A stretch of DNA of 64,000 nucleotides from an uncultured virus (IMG/VR IMGVR_UViG_3300007511_001544). Taxonomy: Duplodnaviria > Heunggongvirae > Uroviricota > Caudoviricetes. How positions within the stretch are numbered: position 1 is the stretch's first letter; each line of letters starts with the position of its first letter. A program made the position numbers and the translations under genes. Under the pieces are notes generated by a model. The model saw only the letters and a program-made list of their open reading frames with translations, was not told the origin of the DNA and did not search any database. Shown here piece after piece: positions 7,669 to 18,252 of the stretch. The stretch is taken from positions 1 through 64,000 of IMG/VR virus record IMGVR_UViG_3300007511_001544; one strand, 5' to 3'.

Positions 7669-8808
7669 CTAATAGTCTAATCTAACCCGCAATGTAAACT
7701 CGTTTGATGGGGTTTTCTTGAGAGGTTCGCTGAGTTTGGCAACGGCTAAAAGCTCATTGTTTGCCCCATAGAGCCCAACAGTGGTAATGTAAGAAACAGG
7801 ACTATCCTCTCTTGTTTCCTTAACCCTAATTTGACTCTTGGATAAATATGTTGGGTTGCTGGAGTAATTAAACTCTCCGGCATTACCACGGCAGAAATAA
7901 ATTGTAGAATTTAGTTCTGTGGTGTTGGTAAAGTAAATATCCTGTAGTCTGTTTCTAAGATCGTCGCAAGTGCCACTAATAGATGCACTTACAATATCAT
8001 CATCGACTCCAAAGTTTGATGCACTGTTCATAGTCATCTTGCCGCCAGTATTTGCAGCAAGGTTTTCGCCCCAACCATAAAGTCCTCGACTAAGAAGACC
8101 ACCACTAGCAACAGTCTTGAATAACGATGAAGTCAAGACAACAATACCTGCTTGGTAATAAATCAGTCCGCAAGGAAGTCCTTGGTTGTCTGTTAGTATA
8201 GTCTCAAAGGTTCCACTATTAGAGGAAGTGGCATAAAGAATATTATATTCTCCAGCGGGAGAATTTGTCTTAAAGGAAGTTGAGCCGCTTGAATCTTGGA
8301 CCTTAATTACGTTGGTTGTTAAGGCAGCCTGGGAATAAGAGCTTGTAGGATTAACGCTAAAGTTCATTCGGAAAGTTCCTTTTTGGAACTCGTCTTTGGT
8401 CAGCAGGCGAGAGAAGTTAAAGAAGATAGCATCATCGAATTTATCACCACCTGTCAGGTCTCCATCTTTATCAAACTGCCTAATACTACCAGTCGCATCA
8501 TGACCGGCAAGTATTTGTGCCATTTGATTATATATTTGTAATTTTTGCTTCCCCTGGACTACTCCGGAACCAGAAAGAGCCGAGTTGGCACTAAGACCCA
8601 AAGTTATGTCAAAAATATGGTTAGCAGAAGAACTGAGGTACGGATAATCATAAACACTCTGGAACATACCATGAGTGTAATTTTTGATATTCAGTGTTGG
8701 TAAGTAAGTTCCAGAAACGATTGTACCAGTAATCGGAATCGCCTCGTGAAGCTTTGTCCTTGTTGACTGAATGTCCGATGTTTGTAGTGTTTTAAAAGAA
8801 GTAGCCAT
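7669..8808 (-). CDS. Virion structural protein (baseplate/tail-collar-like)
   Basis: EFNYSSNPTY and YITTVGLYGANNELLAVAKLSEPLKK..LRVRLDY, typical of large-phage baseplate/tail-collar proteins; SD AAGGA upstream. Confidence 0.7.
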   Translation of the reverse strand: MATSFKTLQTSDIQSTRTKLHEAIPITGTIVSGTYLPTLNIKNYTHGMFQSVYDYPYLSSSANHIFDITLGLSANSALSGSGVVQGKQKLQIYNQMAQILAGHDATGSIRQFDKDGDLTGGDKFDDAIFFNFSRLLTKDEFQKGTFRMNFSVNPTSSYSQAALTTNVIKVQDSSGSTSFKTNSPAGEYNILYATSSNSGTFETILTDNQGLPCGLIYYQAGIVVLTSSLFKTVASGGLLSRGLYGWGENLAANTGGKMTMNSASNFGVDDDIVSASISGTCDDLRNRLQDIYFTNTTELNSTIYFCRGNAGEFNYSSNPTYLSKSQIRVKETREDSPVSYITTVGLYGANNELLAVAKLSEPLKKTPSNEFTLRVRLDY

Positions 8809-8820
8809 GGTTATTCCTTA

Positions 8821-9867
8821 TCAAGTCTGCTTCAAATACCGAACAGGAATATCTACTCGGTATCCTGTCGTGAAGCCTGTGACTCTAATTGTGGAGTCAA
8901 TATATCTAAATGTGGTTCCCGTAGCGTTTACATAACTTGCGGCAGTTGTACCGCCAAGCTTGGTAAATAATACGTTGCTTGTTTGTAGGTTTTCTGCGGC
9001 CAGTATTCTGAACGACAGACGAGTTCCATATCGACCGCCGTTTGTGTTTCCGATAACAGAGAATGTATCTGCTGGATTGTCCTTGTTAGTTGAAACATTA
9101 AATTCTGCTACCCCTGGAGCATTTCCATCAGGGGCAGAAAAATAGTTTGCATTTGAGTTCAGAGAGAAGTAATAACTTGCAATGTTATCATCATCGACAA
9201 ATGACGGTCTAGCTACGGTAGTTCCGTCCATTGAGAGAATCTGCCCAAGGCGGTTGTCCATCTCTATCAAATATTGTGTTTCTCTAAGAGGGTCCGCAGC
9301 ATCTAATTTTTCAATTGACAGGTCCGTATTGTCAATCCCTTGATCAATACAAACGAATTGTCCTGCCGTAGCAAATGTTCTGTTTCCACGCAGTAGTCCA
9401 ATAAATGTTCTAAATGGGGACGTTGTTGCTGCGCTCGTTTTATAAGTATCAGGATTAGCCGTCGTGTAATCGGCTGCTATCAAATACCCTCCAGTAGGGA
9501 TATCGGTAAATGCCGTTGTGTTTTTATCAACAGTCTGCGACACTGTATCATTTATCTTGAGAACAGGAAGATACAAAAGATCTTCACGGGTATACGAAAC
9601 AAGTTTGTGGTTCAAGATCGAAGTATTATTTGTAAAAGCCTCTAAGACTGGTGTCTGTAAGATGTTTATATCATAATATGCTGAACCGCTAGGGTGAGCA
9701 CCTTCGGACGCATTACTGTTTCTATATAAACTGTAGTCTATTTCGTCATCACCAAAAGCAAATTTTGCTATACGAAAACTGCCGTCGCCGGCAGCAAGAC
9801 GCTTGCGTCCAGTATCCGTCAAAACTGCGTCCAAAATAATGTCACCGCTGTTGTCTAAAAATGCCAT
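8821..9867 (-). CDS. Virion structural protein (baseplate/tail)
   Basis: N-terminus MAFLDNSGDIILDAVLTDTGRKRLA..FRIAKFAFGDDEIDY resembles tail-collar N-terminal domains; SD GAGG upstream. Confidence 0.7.
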   Translation of the reverse strand: MAFLDNSGDIILDAVLTDTGRKRLAAGDGSFRIAKFAFGDDEIDYSLYRNSNASEGAHPSGSAYYDINILQTPVLEAFTNNTSILNHKLVSYTREDLLYLPVLKINDTVSQTVDKNTTAFTDIPTGGYLIAADYTTANPDTYKTSAATTSPFRTFIGLLRGNRTFATAGQFVCIDQGIDNTDLSIEKLDAADPLRETQYLIEMDNRLGQILSMDGTTVARPSFVDDDNIASYYFSLNSNANYFSAPDGNAPGVAEFNVSTNKDNPADTFSVIGNTNGGRYGTRLSFRILAAENLQTSNVLFTKLGGTTAASYVNATGTTFRYIDSTIRVTGFTTGYRVDIPVRYLKQT

Positions 9868-9917
9868 GTTATCTTCCTCTTTGTGTAACTATTGTTTTGA
9901 GATTTTTTGGCTCTTAG

Positions 9918-9923
9918 TAAATA
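9918..9923 (-). promoter_or_regulatory. Putative late promoter TATTTA in the intergenic gap, upstream of an SD-led gene
   Basis: CTATTTAC in the 9868-9943 gap; SD GAGG precedes ATG 9867. Confidence 0.45.
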
Positions 9924-9943
9924 GTCGCATTTTATTGTTTTTG

Positions 9944-12900
9944 TTAGTTTCTGGTTTTTTCGCTGCTCTCAAACTCAATTGCAATATCAATTTTCCTTCC
10001 TGTATCACGGGAAGTGAGCCTGACAACAAACTTGTTGTTCAGTATTCCGTTGGTTCCCGCTTGGTTGATCAAACTCTTAAAAGATGAAAAATACCCAGTA
10101 CGAGTATCTATAGCCCCAAGTGCTTGACTTGTTTCTTGATAGGGCAGTGATTGTATATCTGCTGCCTTTATCTCTACCTTTTTCACCATCTTTTTAGAGG
10201 GTGCTTTAGCAGTTGATATCGGCGGAACATACTCTTGAATTACTGCTGTTTTAAATCCTTCGTCCGACTGAAGCTCTACTTCGTATATCGGAGAAGGGTT
10301 TGACATTTGTTTTGCAAAGTTCATTGTTCTAAATGTATAATAATACTTTTTGTTCGGCTGCAAATCGTCTATAAAGTCGTAAGCTTTTGCTCGGCGGATC
10401 ATAGGAGCGTGAGGGTCTGGATCTAAAAGCTTATGTGGTGGACCAGCAAAACTCTCGTACAGTTGTTTATAGTTGGCAACATTTGGGTTTATTTTGTCAG
10501 TCCTGTAGATCATCATGATGACGTCATTCGTCGGGGTTTCTCTAAACTGCACTTTGTTTGGTGGCACCAGTGAGTTGCCAGTTCTTTGATCTTCTGAGAT
10601 GCTCCTAAAATAAGCCCTCTCTGCGTTACTAAAGGCTGTATAGTTTAAGGCATCTGCATCAAGATACTCTCCTGGCGTGGGTGCAAGATTTATAAGCAGC
10701 TTATCGTCTCGCCCTTTATAGGAAAACAAGGTGACTTGCGGGGGCAGCGGAGGATACGCTTGGACCCTGACTCTCGGGTAATTAACTCCTCCAACGATTT
10801 CGTCCGGACGTCCGCCCGGAAGCGGGCTTGCTTGGTTACTTGCATACGTCCCGCCCCGACCCGTGGCTGTGCTGACTTTCCACCTGTCCGAGTTAATAGG
10901 GTATTCAATTATTTTCACATTTGGTTTTGTGTCAACATTAAAAGAGAAAAAGCAAGCCTGCTTATTTGGCTCTGGGGCTTCGGGGCGGCCGCCACGAGGT
11001 CGAGGTCGAACGGGCGGATAAACCCCAACCCGAGTCCTAAACTCAAATTTCGAACCATAAACTACATCATAGGCGTACAATTCATAATGATAGTACTTAT
11101 CGTATTTAACCTGGGTGTCTACAAAATCAATCATATCGACCGTCGAGATGTTGGCGAAAAAATAGTTTTGTAATATGGTTTTCCTAAAGGGTCCTTGTGG
11201 GCGGGCTCTGTTTACGGGAACCATTTCGTATTTTACCAATTTAAACAAGATAGTTTCTGAATCGCTAAAAACTTTTTGCCCTCTGAGTAGTTCTTTGTAT
11301 GTTACCATCCTGTCTCTTGCGTGACTCAAGATGGCTCTTTTTGTGATGTTAAACCATGCTGTGGCAGTAGTGGGGCCGCCGTTCTGATCAAGAACTGGTC
11401 CCCTCGTAGTAATATCTGTGAGTCCGCCGTTGTTGTTTATATTTCTTAGAACGCTTTCACTCCAGCGGTCAAAATTAAATATTTTTAGATTTGCTCGCTG
11501 TCTAACGACCTCTGGTTGTCTTTGTCTTGTGTCATCCTCTTCTTCGCCAATACGGTCAGTGCCTTGGGGCGCAATTATTCCATAAGATGTTATTTTAAAA
11601 CTTTTTGCATTAGGGTTCATATTGGTCACAGAATTAACGAGACCTGTTGTAGTCAAAGTGTTGCTCACTAAATCTCCAAAAGTTCCTGTTGTTATCATGG
11701 GTATACCAAGCTCAACGTACCATGGAAAATCATATTTCTTGTGGTTCAGTTCAGAATATAAATCCATAGATCCCGCATCAGTTGCTATGTTGTAATAACG
11801 ACGAGCGAGTTCAGAGGTTAGGTCAACGGTTAAGTTTTTGTTTTGCATAACTCTTCCGTATTGCGTGAAATATGCTCTCATACCACCCTCATTAATTCTT
11901 GGTAGCGAGCCTGTTATAAATTCTCCTAACCTAATCAAGCGATCATAATTTCCCTGAAGTTCTCTGCCGTTAGGGGAATCATCCCACCCACGGCCGCCTA
12001 TGCGCTGCTCTAGTTGACGAACTTGTCTGCCCGCAGCTAGCTGATAAACATACATGTTGGGCAACGCCGCTTCGGGTATAATAAATTGTGCTAATGCATT
12101 TTGATATCCTCGGACTGCATAATTATACTCCGATGTAACATAGGCTCCTCTTTGTACACTGGCCTCAAAAGATTGGCGGGTCCCTGGAAGCTCGTTAAGA
12201 ACTCTTGTATATGGATCGTTCACAAACTTTGTTGTTGTTTGAAAATCGTAAAATTCATACGTTATGGGCGGCTTCCCTGTAACCAAGGCAATTCTTTCAG
12301 ATGGCAACAAACACTTTTCTGCTATGTCTAAAATTTCATCTAACTCTAGTTCTTCAGCCAGTTCCTTAAATACTGCATGAAGAGTGTGATTATAGCCCAC
12401 ATAAGGAGTTCCAACTGGGCGGTCATTGTCGTCAAGGTAATTGTTATTTCTGCCCCGTCGAGGATGCATAACTTTGTCGGGATCCGTATTCCCGCCCCCT
12501 CTTTCCATTAGGAAATTTTCATGATCATTATAAAAATTAGTAAACTGTGTCCACGGAGTGCCACCCTCTACGTCAAGCTCATTAAGAATAATTTTCATCC
12601 TAGCAGATGGTTCTGAGATTCTGGTATATCCTCCTCGCATACCTGGCCTCCAGATTGTCCCTTGTTGTCCTGGGGTGTTCCACGAAACAAAGTTTTGGCG
12701 ATACTTTTGGATTAACATTGTCTTGTGCCAGTCGCCCTGCGTTATGTCATTACCTGTTGATTGATCTGTGTCCCGTGCAAAAAAATCAAGAACCTCGTCA
12801 AGATCTTCGAAAGCTCGCAGTTGCCCTTGTTTTGCCAAGCGAACCAACTCTTTGGCAAAGTTAAATGGGTTAGAGTCTGTTGACCCACTTGGGTACCCTG

Positions 12901-13558
12901 CTGCAAATACGAGACTTTTGTGAGCCCCTTTGGCATCTCCAATGTTGCGAGGGGTTGCCGCAGGGTTTTGGTCGTACACTCGTGAATCTTCTTCTCCTGC
13001 TGGTGGTTTCTTTCCGGCATGGAAAGCGTCCCGCCACTCTTCTGCCTGTTTTACGGAGATGCCACGAGGCTTATATGTGGCCGCTTGTCTCATGTACCCC
13101 CCAAGGTTAAAGTTTATATTAACAGATGTTTGTCTTTCGAGAGTCAACCTTCGAAGAGTGCCCGGAGCATCATCATCTGTTTCCAGAGGGGTGTCAGAAA
13201 GCAGTTTAAAATTCTTATCCATACCCATAGAATAGAAACGATTTAAAGGGTCTAAATACTTGACATCTCTTTGTACAACTATATCTCTCGCTTCAAAGTT
13301 TGGGCTTCGGTCACCATACAAAACATCAAATGAATTAAATTTCTTTGCGCCCTGAGCCGGGGTGTAATCCTCCCTATCAATTTCATAAAAGTATCGGTTA
13401 CTTCCAACATAAGATCCAGTTTCATCTGCTGCTAATGTTAGGTCGTTAACAAAATCCTTTCGCCTATCCGCTAAAGTTGCCGGATTTACAACTACTTCAC
13501 CTCGTTGGTTTGGTCGTCGATATTGTCGTTCGTTCCTGTTGTTATCACCTGCTGCCAA
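9944..13558 (-). CDS. Large hypothetical virion protein with C-terminal FN3/Ig-like motifs
   Basis: 1204 aa; TTG start with GAGG SD; FVDTQVKYDKYYHYELYA and DDLQPNKKYYYTFRT..SNPS are FN3-like signatures; in the structural module. Confidence 0.6.
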   Translation of the reverse strand: MAAGDNNRNERQYRRPNQRGEVVVNPATLADRRKDFVNDLTLAADETGSYVGSNRYFYEIDREDYTPAQGAKKFNSFDVLYGDRSPNFEARDIVVQRDVKYLDPLNRFYSMGMDKNFKLLSDTPLETDDDAPGTLRRLTLERQTSVNINFNLGGYMRQAATYKPRGISVKQAEEWRDAFHAGKKPPAGEEDSRVYDQNPAATPRNIGDAKGAHKSLVFAAGYPSGSTDSNPFNFAKELVRLAKQGQLRAFEDLDEVLDFFARDTDQSTGNDITQGDWHKTMLIQKYRQNFVSWNTPGQQGTIWRPGMRGGYTRISEPSARMKIILNELDVEGGTPWTQFTNFYNDHENFLMERGGGNTDPDKVMHPRRGRNNNYLDDNDRPVGTPYVGYNHTLHAVFKELAEELELDEILDIAEKCLLPSERIALVTGKPPITYEFYDFQTTTKFVNDPYTRVLNELPGTRQSFEASVQRGAYVTSEYNYAVRGYQNALAQFIIPEAALPNMYVYQLAAGRQVRQLEQRIGGRGWDDSPNGRELQGNYDRLIRLGEFITGSLPRINEGGMRAYFTQYGRVMQNKNLTVDLTSELARRYYNIATDAGSMDLYSELNHKKYDFPWYVELGIPMITTGTFGDLVSNTLTTTGLVNSVTNMNPNAKSFKITSYGIIAPQGTDRIGEEEDDTRQRQPEVVRQRANLKIFNFDRWSESVLRNINNNGGLTDITTRGPVLDQNGGPTTATAWFNITKRAILSHARDRMVTYKELLRGQKVFSDSETILFKLVKYEMVPVNRARPQGPFRKTILQNYFFANISTVDMIDFVDTQVKYDKYYHYELYAYDVVYGSKFEFRTRVGVYPPVRPRPRGGRPEAPEPNKQACFFSFNVDTKPNVKIIEYPINSDRWKVSTATGRGGTYASNQASPLPGGRPDEIVGGVNYPRVRVQAYPPLPPQVTLFSYKGRDDKLLINLAPTPGEYLDADALNYTAFSNAERAYFRSISEDQRTGNSLVPPNKVQFRETPTNDVIMMIYRTDKINPNVANYKQLYESFAGPPHKLLDPDPHAPMIRRAKAYDFIDDLQPNKKYYYTFRTMNFAKQMSNPSPIYEVELQSDEGFKTAVIQEYVPPISTAKAPSKKMVKKVEIKAADIQSLPYQETSQALGAIDTRTGYFSSFKSLINQAGTNGILNNKFVVRLTSRDTGRKIDIAIEFESSEKTRN

Positions 13559-13562
13559 CTGT

Positions 13563-16500
13563 TTATCCTCTCAGTACAAAATATCTATTGTATATAGGTA
13601 AATCAAATAAATCTTTGTAAGCTACGTCTACCCCGCTATTGATATTATTTGCCTTTCCGGCAGCAGGAGTTTCATCGGATCCTGCTTCATCTTGTACCAA
13701 CACAGGGACATCATCTTTGACAAACGTCCTAACCCTGCACAACAAACTTCCTCCGGAGGTATTTTGGTAATCTTGTAATGTGAATTTTCTCCAAACAGGC
13801 AGGAGGGGTTTGGCGGTAAAAACGGGGTTATTTTCATCTATATCTACGCCACGATCAGCAAAGGGTCTCACCTCAAGATTATTAAATCCTGATAAATATT
13901 CAATGACCCCTAGTTGTTTGTAGTTCATCCAAAAGGCTAAAAACTTAGAGTATATCTTCATAGGATCACGGGTTGTTTTATATGGCGGGAATTCGTCGTC
14001 TTCTGAAATATATGAGATCGACTCGGCAAAGGGAGCTTTGTCTACATCTTCAAGCTGAAACCTAACTGCGTCAAGATTTCCTGTAAGCTGTTTCTTGGCT
14101 TGTGAAGCAGCAACCACGAACATCGACTTTAGTTGATTTGGCATTTGTCTATATAAATTTTGCACAGAGGCGGCAACACTCTGGTCATCAAGTCCCAGAG
14201 AATTTATATTGTTAACCATAGAGTTAAACATTTCCTTTTGATAGGTCACTTGATCTATTATTGGATTTAGTTCCAACTCTCCAATAATTCCAAACGTAAG
14301 TTTTATGGGAGGTAAACCAACATCATCAAATTGAATATCAATGTCCTTGTCTTTAAATGATGGATCAACAACAGACCCATAAGACCCTGTGGCGGACGGA
14401 TTAAGTTCTGAGTCGGTATTTTTTAAGAAAGCCTTCACTGATTCTTCGGGGTCAGAATTTCCCCCCAGGATAGCTCCAACTAAGCCGTCACCCTTCATTA
14501 GATCTTTATCATGTCCTTCTTGCCCTACTTTAATAACCCTTCCCTTGACATTACTTGGGGAGGGAACCCCGAAAGGAGACTTTATACCTTCTGTTATTTG
14601 GCACGCATGAAATTGTAAGGACTCGCCTAGTGAATTAAAAAGCTGTCTCGTTGTTTGTGTTTTTGCTTGAATACTGTAAAAGGGGAGATTCTGTTTTACA
14701 GAAATATTTTTTCTTTTCACGAGGTCTGAAAACAACTCTCCGTAACGATTTAAGTCGTAGGCGGCGATGTTCTGTCCAATTGCTTTATAATCTGTCTGTA
14801 CAAGCGGTTCCTTTCCAAATATTTTTATTGCTTTGGGAGAAAAATATTGATAGCTAGAGTCTTGGAACGTTGTTCCTTGGGGGTCCACTTCATTAGATAC
14901 TGAATTCCCTTCCGTATAAGGAGAAAAATATTTGTTAAATTCTTCCTGTACTCTGTTACTAAAAAATTGTCTCGAATAGGTTGGCAGCCCGAATCTGTTT
15001 TCTATATCTCCCTGTGCCTGTCTAGAAAGATATAAATACCCCACCTCATAATCTTGACCAAATTCAAACAATTGACTAAAGTATTTTTTAGTACTTAAAA
15101 CAGGGAGGTCTTTTCCAACAGGATGTTCATCAATTTTGGCAGGTAATGTTGTGCCCTCCCCAAAGGGGTCTTTTGGCATCCACGAATCCAAAACTCTGTC
15201 TATACTCTGTTTAAAGAGTGCCACTATCTCTGAAAAACTTTTTATTCCGTCGGGATCTTTATCACCAACTAGCCCCGATAACATAGTCCCTATAGCATCA
15301 TAACTAAGACTTGTGACGGTTATTACTCTTGCATATAGAGAGATAAAAGTCTGTATGTCCTGCTCTAAGATTGTTTCTGCTGTTGATCCGGCTATAGCAA
15401 TCTTGTTTAAAGGAACCAGCACCTTATCATTTAATCTATCATATAATCCAACGCCATCCTTTATTTGTCCCTTGGGGCGAGGAAGGTCGGGATCGCTTGG
15501 TGGAGAATTTATGATCATGTCGTGTATCTCCATGGCATTTCTCTGCACCTTTCTTAATCTTAGTGACATTTTCCTAAGATAAAGAATGCTTGGATCTAAA
15601 ACATCAACAGAAACACCATATTGGTAAGTTCCTTGAGTTTGTGTCTTTGCGTCATCCGCATAAGTGTCGTATCCTTCGTAAAAGTTTAGCCGAGAAGTGT
15701 CCTGAGTATTTTGTGGGAATTGCATATTCGAGACAAACTGCGGTGGATCAACAACTTCTTCTGGTCTATAATATGTGCTTTCGTCGTGATCAGACCGCCC
15801 AAACGTAAGATCGTTGACAGCTATTGTACGATGTTCTTTTATTTGTCTTTTTGTCATTGAAACATTTAATACCTTTGCGGTTTCTCCAGAGGATATTTCC
15901 AGCATACCGCCGCCGTTAAACATTTCATTAACAATTAAAGGATTCGAATAGAGCCAGGGAAATCTACTATTTTTTATTAAAAACCCCAGTTTATCAAAAA
16001 CAAACCCGTACCTGGCATTATCATTTTCGCACTTTGTTACCCAAAAATTGGAAAAGTAATTTTCATCCTTTATAATATCTCCAACCCTAGCTTCGCCACC
16101 AAGACGCCTTAAAACTTTGCTGTAATCTTTGTACAATTGCTCCTTTACATCAACAAGTTTAAGGTTTCCATATTGTCTTCTGTCCCGTACATTTTTTTCA
16201 AGCGGTGCCGTGCGAGCAACTCTAAGAACCCTCGGGGGTGTGACTAATGGTGCCGCCTCTTGTTTCTTAAAAATGTTTTGTTCTCCTTTAAAGATACCAG
16301 GCGAAATAAATCCAACTCCTGTAGAAATTAAAGGTTTCTCTATTCTGGCTGTGCCAGAGTTTGCCCTCATTCCTCTACTCTCCATGAAGGCACCATAATC
16401 CATATAAGTGAACGCATAAAATCTTATATTTTCAAGACGGGTGTCAGAGTAAGTTTCATTCTTTCCAAAGCTAAAAGTTATCGGGTTTAATAATATCTTT

Positions 16501-17192
16501 TGATTAAAAAATCTAGGAAAATCTTCCGCACCATTAGCAGAGTTGTTTTTGGCTACTGGTGATAATCTCTCTCCTAAGAGGACTGCTCCGGCTGAATTTC
16601 TCCTAAGAACATCACCAATTGGTACATCATAAACCACAATATCAGATAAAGGGCTAAACGAATTGGGGCTATAGAAAACCCTGTCCGAGTTGTTCTTAAA
16701 TGAATCCAGCAACTCTTCTGCACCAAAAGGACCAATTGGTGACAACAAATTAGAGTCGTCACCAAGGCTTGTTCTCAAATTAGAATAAAAATCAACCTCT
16801 GCATTTTCGTCATTATAGCTTGCTAATCCGGCTTGGTATTCGTTCATTCTCTGGGAAATAAAATCCAAGTCGAACGAGTTTCTATTGCTGAAACATCCTA
16901 TGACACGGATCCTTATGTTCGAGAAGTAATCTGGGGTGTTGTACCATCGAGTAAACTCTTGATCTGCTGCCAATTCTCTTCTAATGGCTTCGTTCAGTGT
17001 GATATTGAGCGTGACCGAAATAGTTTCACTTTGAGCGTCACCGGAATTTTCTAGGTCTGTAGCAATATCCAAAGATTCATACTGAACTGACGGGTATGGT
17101 GATGACAAGTAAACCAAACCTGATTGTGTTTGTAGTGCCCTGTTGTTAACGGGGAAAAAATTTGTTCTGTCTGGTGTTATCTCTTGCGGCAT
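13563..17192 (-). CDS. Large hypothetical virion protein
   Basis: 1209-aa uninterrupted ORF, translationally coupled within the structural module; no recognised motif. Confidence 0.6.
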   Translation of the reverse strand: MPQEITPDRTNFFPVNNRALQTQSGLVYLSSPYPSVQYESLDIATDLENSGDAQSETISVTLNITLNEAIRRELAADQEFTRWYNTPDYFSNIRIRVIGCFSNRNSFDLDFISQRMNEYQAGLASYNDENAEVDFYSNLRTSLGDDSNLLSPIGPFGAEELLDSFKNNSDRVFYSPNSFSPLSDIVVYDVPIGDVLRRNSAGAVLLGERLSPVAKNNSANGAEDFPRFFNQKILLNPITFSFGKNETYSDTRLENIRFYAFTYMDYGAFMESRGMRANSGTARIEKPLISTGVGFISPGIFKGEQNIFKKQEAAPLVTPPRVLRVARTAPLEKNVRDRRQYGNLKLVDVKEQLYKDYSKVLRRLGGEARVGDIIKDENYFSNFWVTKCENDNARYGFVFDKLGFLIKNSRFPWLYSNPLIVNEMFNGGGMLEISSGETAKVLNVSMTKRQIKEHRTIAVNDLTFGRSDHDESTYYRPEEVVDPPQFVSNMQFPQNTQDTSRLNFYEGYDTYADDAKTQTQGTYQYGVSVDVLDPSILYLRKMSLRLRKVQRNAMEIHDMIINSPPSDPDLPRPKGQIKDGVGLYDRLNDKVLVPLNKIAIAGSTAETILEQDIQTFISLYARVITVTSLSYDAIGTMLSGLVGDKDPDGIKSFSEIVALFKQSIDRVLDSWMPKDPFGEGTTLPAKIDEHPVGKDLPVLSTKKYFSQLFEFGQDYEVGYLYLSRQAQGDIENRFGLPTYSRQFFSNRVQEEFNKYFSPYTEGNSVSNEVDPQGTTFQDSSYQYFSPKAIKIFGKEPLVQTDYKAIGQNIAAYDLNRYGELFSDLVKRKNISVKQNLPFYSIQAKTQTTRQLFNSLGESLQFHACQITEGIKSPFGVPSPSNVKGRVIKVGQEGHDKDLMKGDGLVGAILGGNSDPEESVKAFLKNTDSELNPSATGSYGSVVDPSFKDKDIDIQFDDVGLPPIKLTFGIIGELELNPIIDQVTYQKEMFNSMVNNINSLGLDDQSVAASVQNLYRQMPNQLKSMFVVAASQAKKQLTGNLDAVRFQLEDVDKAPFAESISYISEDDEFPPYKTTRDPMKIYSKFLAFWMNYKQLGVIEYLSGFNNLEVRPFADRGVDIDENNPVFTAKPLLPVWRKFTLQDYQNTSGGSLLCRVRTFVKDDVPVLVQDEAGSDETPAAGKANNINSGVDVAYKDLFDLPIYNRYFVLRG

Positions 17193-18215
17193 TTATGGTT
17201 CCTCGCACGGGTCGATTAGATCAGCAGGTTCATCACCAGAATACAAAGGAGTTCGTTCAGTTCGTCTGCCAAGATCATCAATCTCATCATCAGTCCTAAT
17301 AGACAAATAATATTCTACATAAGTTTCATCTATGAAGGGAACGGCTCTGTCGTACAATTTTTCGTTACCTGCGAGTAAGTGGTAATAATCATCCGGATTT
17401 GTTTGAACTTTTAGATTATCAGAGTGTTTGTACTCGTCATTGATAAACATTAGCTTAGTCATTGTTTTTTGGTTTCCCTCTTCGCTGGTGGGTGCCTTAA
17501 ACACTTCAATATCAAAATTCCCATTTCCCTTAAAATAGGTATTCGTTTCCTCTACGTCTAATAAAAGTCTTGCATCTTCTGTGAGTTCCCACACAAACCC
17601 TGGTGTTATCACGCCACCTTGTTGGACCACTTGACCGTCTTCGTTTACACGAACTCTGACTGTAAATTTATCATACTTTAAAGGCAAACTAGCCGAAATA
17701 CAAGGAACAATCACCTCTGAGCCAGACGCCCCGGTACGATGCGGAAATTCTTCTGTGCCTGAAACTCTCAAAGGTTCGCTGCCGTCCATAGTTTTTATTC
17801 GCCAAGAAGGGGCGTACACCTTAGAAGGATCACTGATCCCCAGGGTTCTTAGAAATTTGCTAGTTGAGGGCGTGGATTGGTTAGGGTTTGGATCGGCAAT
17901 ATTGGCTATTTGTGCGGGGGTTTCCCCAGAGGCTTCCCAGGATTTGTAGTTTTTTGCCCACCCTGTGTCGCTGAATATTTCCAATCGAGGGGTTTCTTTT
18001 ATACGATCAACGATATCATTTTGTTTCTCTTCTGAAACTTTTGGATTAGCATACTGAATACTTCCGCTTGGTCCAAATTCTTGATCATATAAAATATCAT
18101 CATCATAGAAAGCGTAATATTGAGGCGCAAATTTCCCTTGGGAAAATACTTTTTTTCCGTGAGGAGTAAGCTCTATTTGAATAACCTCTTCTTGTCTATT
18201 TATAAACTTTGCCAT
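17193..18215 (-). CDS. Virion structural protein, N-terminus paralogous to 8821-9867
   Basis: IQIELTPHGKKVFSQG..YYAFYDDDILYD aligns with ILDAVLTDTGRKRLA..FAFGDDEIDY; preceded by TATTTA-N4-ATG. Confidence 0.65.
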   Translation of the reverse strand: MAKFINRQEEVIQIELTPHGKKVFSQGKFAPQYYAFYDDDILYDQEFGPSGSIQYANPKVSEEKQNDIVDRIKETPRLEIFSDTGWAKNYKSWEASGETPAQIANIADPNPNQSTPSTSKFLRTLGISDPSKVYAPSWRIKTMDGSEPLRVSGTEEFPHRTGASGSEVIVPCISASLPLKYDKFTVRVRVNEDGQVVQQGGVITPGFVWELTEDARLLLDVEETNTYFKGNGNFDIEVFKAPTSEEGNQKTMTKLMFINDEYKHSDNLKVQTNPDDYYHLLAGNEKLYDRAVPFIDETYVEYYLSIRTDDEIDDLGRRTERTPLYSGDEPADLIDPCEEP

Positions 18216-18225
18216 AAACTAAATA
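18216..18225 (-). promoter_or_regulatory. Putative late promoter TATTTA, 4 nt before ATG
   Basis: Minus strand TATTTA-GTTT-ATG; no SD. Confidence 0.55.
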
Positions 18226-18252
18226 TCTTTTTTATAATTTAAATGCAACATT

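Noticed and set aside
9868..9943. Longest intergenic gap as a possible tRNA, ncRNA or terminator
   Set aside because: Only 76 bp, AT-rich, with no cloverleaf or convincing GC hairpin plus U-tract; it is explained by promoter and SD elements
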